From Balanoglossus misakiensis (lineage: Eukaryota > Animalia > Hemichordata), in the NCBI GenBank assembly GCA_040954595.2, contig CM082586.2, positions 10,447,337-10,511,336 on the forward strand: a stretch of DNA of 64,000 bases, read 5' to 3'. The first letter of the stretch is position 1. Every line of letters begins with the position of its first letter. The translations under genes and the position numbers were made by a program. Positions 56,400 to 64,000 of this stretch are shown one piece after another. The notes under the pieces were generated by a model, which was not told the DNA's origin, did no database searches, and saw only the letters and a program-made list of their open reading frames with translations.

Positions 56400-57741
56400 A
56401 ATTCTGACCTTAGTAGCAAAAGACAAGAATGTGATAATATCAATAACAGCATTTTAACATCATTGGTTAGACAACTTGAAACTGCCTAGATAATATGCAA
56501 GCAAAAGCCTGGCAAAAATGTAACATGTACAATTGCTTAATTTTAACACACTCACACAACATATATTTCCATCATTTTTATAGGAGTAATTGAAACTACA
56601 ACATCAATATGACCATCACATGTTCTAGGACTTCCAAAATAGAGAAACACTATGAAAAACTTCAGCTGAAAAATAGAATATGTAATATAATTACCTGCAA
56701 TTTGATAAAAAGTGATTCTTCAAGAGCTGGTTAAGTCTCTAACTGTTCCAAAACAATGACAGGAAGTGGCTGCTCATTAGGCTGTTCCTGGCACTGCCAC
56801 TACTCCCTCACATTGCTGGCAACAGTAGCTTGATACTTTGGGGTTCAAAGTCAGCAGATAACAGCCAAGAATTTGGAATCCGCAATTACAGCATAGGGTA
56901 TACTGGCACCGCCTTACGTTGAGAGGTTTGTCAACAATAATATAGTGCAATAGTGCAAACAATATGTTTAGATAGCAACAGATCTAAAGTTATTACAATA
57001 ATGCCAACACATGTTTTGAGCTACTCCTGTGTGTTCTTTCAACTACAGAAAATCAAGCAGTCTTTCCAATGCTGCTACACCTACATAAGTATGGTGTGTG
57101 CTACACTGCCCCAAGGTTATTTCGATACACAAATATAACTGTGACATAATCAGCTCATGTACACTCTAGGAGAGATTGCACTTAGGACTGGGTGTATCAG
57201 GGAATAGATTACACAAAAACGATGAAACAGAAAGGCAAACAGCTGAAATGGACAAACCAAAGTGTCCTCATGTAAAGAGTACCTTTCAAAGCACTGGATT
57301 TGTTCATAGAGGCAAAACCAGAAATATGCAAATATCCACAGCACAGTACAATGTCTTACTTCAGTCACCATAAGAAATATGCCTACAACATGCACAGCAA
57401 TCTGCCAAGTGGATTCATAGAAACCAATTTTTGGCAAAAAATTGCAAAAAATGCACCAAGAACACAATTATGGGAATGTCACCATACTTTCACGACACCT
57501 TAACTTGAAATGAATTTTGACCAAATATCCCCAAAATTACAAATATGCAAATTATGCAACAAATTGCCCCAAAATGACCTCAATTGCCTTTCAGTATACC
57601 AAGCTTCATTCTAAATTTTAAAGCCATTGACCCATAACTTTCAGAAAAATTTGTTTTCACCTAAAATATTGACAAAGACGAAAAAATTCATAAAAAATAA
57701 AACATCCATGATATCAACTGAACACTTACATGTCGGTCACA

Positions 57742-58700
57742 GGCTTTTCAATTTCAGTCCCAACCCTCCAAACGCGAAGTCTGTACCTGCTCTGGATGCC
57801 AAGATATGATAAAGTAGGTCAAAGGTCACCTGAGGTCATGCAAAATTTGGGCAAGAAATTTTGACCTAATACTGGTCCATGTTCAATAAAAACCAAACCT
57901 ATAGCCTTATTGGTTAGCCTGGAATTAGGTATGCACATAATTAATGAGATATGCAGGTTTCACAGGTGACCCCCAATTGCGGCTTTTCAATTTTAGTGCC
58001 AACCCTCCAAACGCCAAGTCTGTACCTGCTCTGGATGTCAAGATATGGTAATGTAGGTCAAAGGTCACCTGAGGTCATGCAAAATTTGGGCAAGAAATTT
58101 TGACCCTATACTGGTCCATGTTCAACAAAAACCGAACCTATAGCCTTATTGGTTAGCCTGGAATTAGGTATGCACATAATTAATGAGATATGCAGGTGTC
58201 ACAGGTGACCCCCAATTGCGGCTTTTCAATTTTAGTCCCAACCCTCCAAACGCCAAGTCTGTGCCTGCTCTGGATGTCAAGATTTGGTAATGTAGGTCAA
58301 AGGTCACCTGAGGTCATGCAAAATTTGGGCAAGAAATTTTGACCCTATACTGGTCCATGTTCAACAAAAACCGAACCTATAGCCTTATTGGTTAGCCTGG
58401 AATTAGGTATGCACATAATTAATGAGATATGCAGGTGTCACAGGTGACCCCCAATTTCGGCTTTTCAATTTCAGTCCCAACCCTCCAAACGCCAACTCTG
58501 TACCTGCTCTGGATGCCGAGATATAGGAAAGTAGGTCAAAGGTCACCTGAGGTCACCCAAAATTTGGGCAAGAAATTTTGACCCTATACTGGTCCATGTC
58601 CCACCAGAACAAAACCTCTAGCCCTATTAGTTAGCCCGGAATTAGGTATGCACATAATTAATGTGTTAAGCAGGTGTTACAGGTGAGCCCAAAAATTTCC
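57742..58700. repeat. 239-bp tandem repeat (4 units) in the Helentron 5' region
   Basis: Anchor at 57790, 58029, 58268 and 58507; homologous to 15161-16075. Confidence 0.95.
57816..57838 (+). promoter_or_regulatory. Nuclear-receptor half-site cluster AGGTCA-A-AGGTCA-CCTG-AGGTCA (DR1+DR4); present in each of the eight 239-bp units
   Basis: Exact consensus half-sites seen in the sequence; function not shown. Confidence 0.45.
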
Positions 58701-59124
58701 CTTTTATTTTGGCCCCATTGTGCTCACTGACCAATAGACAATCACTGTACAGGACTATTGCACAGACCAGAATCCCACAATAAGACGTGGACATAGCTTA
58801 ACCATAGAGGTATAAGTAAAGGTATAAATTTAATAAAAAGACTAAAAAATCTTTAAAAATAAAACATCCATGATATCAACTTAACACTAAAAGGTCGGTG
58901 TGAGGTTGACATATGGTACATGCATACCAATTTTCAAAGCAATCTGACCAGTAATTGTTGACTTACAGAGTTTTGATCAATTCCACATTTTACCAGCTAA
59001 TTTGCATATTTTTGGGCCTGGCAACTTCGTTTGGACAAACTCCAATCTACAGCCCAGCCTGCACCTACACACCAAATATTGAGGTGATACGCGCAGCGGT
59101 TTTCAAGTTTTTGATGTGGACGGA

Positions 59125-59214
59125 CATACAGACATACATCCATACATCCATACATCCATCCATACATACATACAGACGCAACCCATGGTATATAGGCCTA
59201 TACCAATGGGACCT
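59125..59214. other. Helentron 5' end: CATA/CATC microsatellite and shortened palindrome with subTIR
   Basis: CCCATGGTATATAGGCCTATACCAATGGGACCT; homologous to 16495-16587 but lacking 15 bp. Confidence 0.88.
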
Positions 59215-62200
59215 AAAAAATGACAAATTTTTGACTGCAAAATCTCAAAATTTCGTCCATTTTTGAAAAAAAGTCATGGGTAAAAATCATCAAAAAATGA
59301 CAAATTTTCGACTGCAAAATCTCAACATTTCGTCGATTTTTGAAAAAAATCATGGGTGAAAATCATCAAAAAATGACAAATTTTCGACTTTGCAAAATCT
59401 CAAAATTTCGTCGATTTTTGAAAAAAAATCATAGGTGAAAATCATCAAAAAATGACAAAATTTTCGAGTTTGCAAAATCACAAAATTTCGTCGATTTTGA
59501 AAAAAATCATAGGTTCGTCGATTTTTTTTAAAAAAACATGGGTGAAAATCATCAAAAAATGACAAATTTTCGACTTTGCAAAATCTCAAAATTTCATCAA
59601 TTTTTGAAAAAATCATGGGTGAAAATCATCAAAAAATGACAAAACTTTCGACTTTGCAAAATCTCAAAATTTCGTCGATTTTTGAAAAAAAATCATGGGT
59701 GAAAATCATCAAAAAATGACAAATTTTCGACTTTGCAAAATCTCAACATTTCGTCGATTTTTGAAAAAAATCATAGGTGAAAATCATCAAAAAATGACAA
59801 ATTTTCGACTTTGCAAAAGCTCAAAATTTCGTCCATTTTTGAAAAAAAATCATGGGTAAAAATCATCAAAAAATGACAAATTTTCGACTGCAAAATCTCA
59901 ACATTTCGTCGATTTTTGAAAAAAATCATGGGTGAAAATCATCAAAAAATGACAAATTTTCGACTTTGCAAAATCTCAAAATTTCGTCGATTTTTGAAAA
60001 AAAATCATAGGTGAAAATCATCAAAAAATGACAAAATTTTCGAGTTTGCAAAATCACAAAATTTCGTCGATTTTGAAAAATATCATAGGTTCGTCGATTT
60101 TTTTTAAAAAAACATGGGTGAAAATCATCAAAAAATGACAAATTTTCGACTTTGCAAAATCTCAAAATTTCGTCGATTTTTGAAAAAAATCATTGGGGAA
60201 AATAATCAAAAAATGACAAATTTTCGACTTTGCAAAATCTCAAAATTTCGTCGATTTTTGAAAAAAATCATTGGGGAAAATCATCAAAAAATGACAAATT
60301 TTCGACTTTGCAAAATCTCAAAATTTCGTCGATTTTTGAAAAAAAATAATGGTTGAAAATCATCAAAAAATGACAAATTTTCGACTTTGCAAAATCTCAA
60401 AATTTCGTCGATTTTTGAAAGAAAATAATGGTTGAAAATCATCAAAAAATGTCAAATTTTCGACTTTGCAAAATCTCAAAATTTCGTCGATTTTGAAAAA
60501 AATCATAGGTTCGTCGATTTTTTTAAAAAAAACATGGGTGAAAATCATCAAAAAATGACAAATTTTCGACTTTGCAAAATCTCAAAATTTCGTCGATTTT
60601 TGAAAAAAATCATTGGGGAAAATCGTCAAAAAATGACAAATTTTCGACTTTGCAAAATCTCAAAATTTCGTCGATTTTTGAAAAAAAATAATGGTTGAAA
60701 ATCATCAAAAAATGACAAATTTTCGACTTTGCAAAATCTCAAAATTTCGTCGATTTTGAAAAAAATCATGGGTTCGTCGATTTTTTAAAAAAATCATTGG
60801 GGAAAATCGTCAAAAAATGACAAATTTTCGACTTTGCAAAATCTCAAAATTTCGTCGATTTTTGAAAAAAAATAATGGTTGAAAATCATCAAAAAATGAC
60901 AAATTTTCGACTTTGCAAAATCTCAAAATTTCGTCGATTTTTAAAAAAAAATCATGGATGAAAATCATCAACAAATGACAAATTTGCGACTTTGCAAAAT
61001 CTCAAAATTTCGTCGATTTTTGAAAAAAATCATGGGTGAAAATCATCAAAAAATGACAAATTTTCGACTTTGCAAAATCTCAACATTTCGTCGATTTTTG
61101 AAAAAAATCATAGGTGAAAATCATCAAAAAATGACAAAATTTCGACTTTGAAAAAGCTCAAAATATCGTCCATTTTTGAAAAAAAATCATGGGTAAAAAT
61201 CATCAAAAAATGACAAATTTACGACTGTAAAATCTCAACATTTCGTCGATTTTTGAAAAAAATCATGGGTGAAAATCATCAAAAAATGACAAATTTTCGA
61301 CTTTGCAAAATCTCAACATTTCGTCGATTTTTGAAAAAAATCATAGGTGAAAATCATCAAAAAATGACAAATTTTTGACTGCAAAATCTCAAAATTTCGT
61401 CGATTTTTGAAAAAAAACATGGGGGAAAATCATTAAAAAATGACAAATTTTCGACTGCAAAATCTCAACATTTCGTCGATTTTTGAAAAAAATCATGGGT
61501 GAAAATCATCAAAAAATGACAAATTTTCGACTTTGCAAAATCTCAACATTTCGTCCATTTTTGAAAAAAATCATAGGTGAAAATCATCAAAAAATGACAA
61601 ATTTTCGACTTTGCAAATGCTCAAAATTTCGTCCATTTTTGAAAAAAAATCATGGGTAAAAATCATCAAAAATGACAAATTTTCGACTGCAAAATCTCAA
61701 CATTTCGTCGATTTTTGAAAAAAATCATGGGTGAAAATCATCAAAAAATGACAAATTTTCGACTTTGCAAAAACTCAACATTTCGTCGATTTTTGAAAAA
61801 AATCATGGGTGAAAATCATCAAAAAATGACAAATTTTCGACTTTGCAAATGCTCAAAATTTCGTCCATTTTTGAAAAAAAATCATGGGTAAAAATCATCA
61901 AAAATGACAAATTTTCGACTGCAAAATCTCAACATTTCGTCGATTTTTGAAAAAAATCATGGGTGAAAATCATCAAAAAATGACAAATTTTCGACTTTGC
62001 AAAATCTCAACATTTCGTCGATTTTTGAAAAAAATCATGGGTGAAAATCATCAAAAAATGACAAATTTTCGACTTTGCAAAATCTCAACATTTCGTCGAT
62101 TTTTGAAAAAAATCATGGGTGAAAATCATCAAAAAATGACAAATTTTCGACTTTGCAAAATCTCAAAATTTCGTCAATTTATGAAAAAATCATGGGTGAA

Positions 62201-64000
62201 AATCATCAAAAAATGACAAATTTTCGTCTTTGCAAAATCTCAAAATTTCGTCGGTTTTTGAAAAATAATATGGGTGAAAATCATCAAAAAATGACAAATT
62301 TTTGACTGCAAAATCTCAACATTTCGTCGATTTTTGAAAAAAATCATGGGTGAAAATCATCAAAAAATGACAAATTTTCGACTTTGCAAAAACTCAACAT
62401 TTCGTCGATTTTTGAAAAAAATCATGGGTGAAAATCATCAAAAAATGACAAATTTTCGACTTTGCAAATGCTCAAAATTTCGTCCATTTTTGAAAAAAAA
62501 TCATGGGTAAAAATCATCAAAAATGACAAATTTTCGACTGCAAAATCTCAACATTTCGTCGATTTTTGAAAAAAATCATGGGTGAAAATCATCAAAAAAT
62601 GACAAATTTTCGACTTTGCAAAATCTCAACATTTCGTCGATTTTTGAAAAAAATCATGGGTGAAAATCATCAAAAAATGACAAATTTTCGACTTTGCAAA
62701 ATCTCAACATTTCGTCGATTTTTGAAAAAAATCATGGGTGAAAATCATCAAAAAATGACAAATTTTCGACTTTGCAAAATCTCAAAATTTCGTCAATTTA
62801 TGAAAAAATCATGGGTGAAAATCATCAAAAAATGACAAATTTTCGTCTTTGCAAAATCTCAAAATTTCGTCGATTTTTGAAAAAAATCATAGGTGAAAAT
62901 AATAAAAAAATGACAAATTTTCGACTTTGCAAAAGCTCAAAATTTCGTCCATTTTTGAAAAAAAATCATGGGTAAAAATCATCAAAAAATGACAAATTTA
63001 CGACTGTAAAATCTCAACATTTCGTCGATTTTTGAAAAAAATCATGGGTGAAAATCATCAAAAAATGACAAATTTTCGACTTTGCAAAATCTCAACATTT
63101 CGTCGATTTTTGAAAAAAATCATAGGTGAAAATCATCAAAAAATGACAAATTTTTGACTGCAAAATCTCAAAATTTCGTCGATTTTTGAAAAAAAACATG
63201 GGGGAAAATCATTAAAAATGACAAATTTTCGACTGCAAAAAATCAACATTTCGTCGATTTTTGAAAAAAATCATGGGTGAAAATCATCAAAAAATGACAA
63301 ATTTTCGACTTTGCAAAATCTCAACATTTCGTCGATTTTGGAAAAAAATCATAGGTGAAAATCATCAAAAAATGACAAATTTTCGACTTTGCAAATGCTC
63401 AACATTTCGTCGATTTTTGAAAAAAATCATGGGTGAAAATCATCAAAAAATGACAAATTTTCGACTTTGCAAAATCTCAACATTTCGTCGATTTTTGAAA
63501 AAAATCATGGGTGAAAATCATCAAAAAATGACAAATTTTCGACTTTGCAAAATCTCAAAATTTCGTCAATTTATGAAAAAATCATGGGTGAAAATCATCA
63601 AAAAATGACAAATTTTCGTCTTTGCAAAATCTCAAAATTTCGTCGATTTTTGAAAAAAATCATAGGTGAAAATAATAAAAAAAATGACAAATTTTCGACT
63701 TTGCAAAAGCTCAAAATTTCGTCCATTTTTGAAAAAAAATCATGGGTAAAAATCATCAAAAAATGACAAATTTACGACTGTAAAATCTCAACATTTCGTC
63801 GATTTTTGAAAAAAATCATGGGTGAAAATCATCAAAAAATGACAAATTTTCGACTTTGCAAAATCTCAACATTTCGTCGATTTTTGAAAAAAATCATAGG
63901 TGAAAATCATCAAAAAATGACAAATTTTTGACTGCAAAATCTCAAAATTTCGTCGATTTTTGAAAAAAAACATGGGGGAAAATCATTAAAAATGACAAAT
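59215..64000. repeat. 78-bp satellite, block 4 (runs off the right edge)
   Basis: Same consensus, enriched in GACTGCAAAA (2-bp deletion) and CATAGGTG variants; 619-bp and 773-bp local periodicities. Confidence 0.97.

Larger units (their letters stand above)
42473..59214 (-). mobile_element. Autonomous Helentron (Helitron2), 16742 bp
   Basis: Rep-helicase-endonuclease ORF, subTIRs 42491-42499 / 59205-59213, 3' hairpin 42474-42488, 5' palindrome, microsatellite and 239-bp repeats. Flanked by satellite A tracts. Confidence 0.95.

Noticed and set aside
55467-57809. Short ORFs in the Helentron 5' region as captured host genes
   Set aside because: AT-rich, no domain signatures, and consistent with introns or UTR.

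Overview
Eukaryotic, probably invertebrate-animal, satellite-rich DNA. About 29 kb is an AT-rich 78-bp tandem satellite in four blocks (294-15092, 16588-20122, 36778-42472, 59215-64000) with local higher-order repeats. Four insertions interrupt it. (1) The terminus of a TG-starting, promoter-bearing element running off the left edge. (2) A 1.5-kb non-autonomous Helentron (HINE/DINE-1-like) at 15093-16587. (3) A 16.7-kb head-to-tail trimer of an Ngaro-type (DIRS order) tyrosine-recombinase retrotransposon with split direct repeats at 20123-36777. (4) A 16.7-kb apparently intact autonomous Helentron (Helitron2) on the minus strand at 42473-59214. It encodes a tegument-like deubiquitinase / 21-aa repeat / HUH Rep / PIF1 helicase / APE endonuclease protein, plus a four-exon RPA70-like OB-fold gene that the ORF track shows only as fragments. 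Main points of interest: both Helentrons sit in the same A6 tract of the satellite monomer in the same orientation; the Ngaro recombinase appears to be made by an in-frame gag-to-YR splice; a 734-bp gag/pol duplication creates an in-frame T_TTA_AAG -1 slippery site; and the Helentron 239-bp repeats carry perfect AGGTCA DR1+DR4 nuclear-receptor motifs. All domain calls are by motif recognition, not database search.
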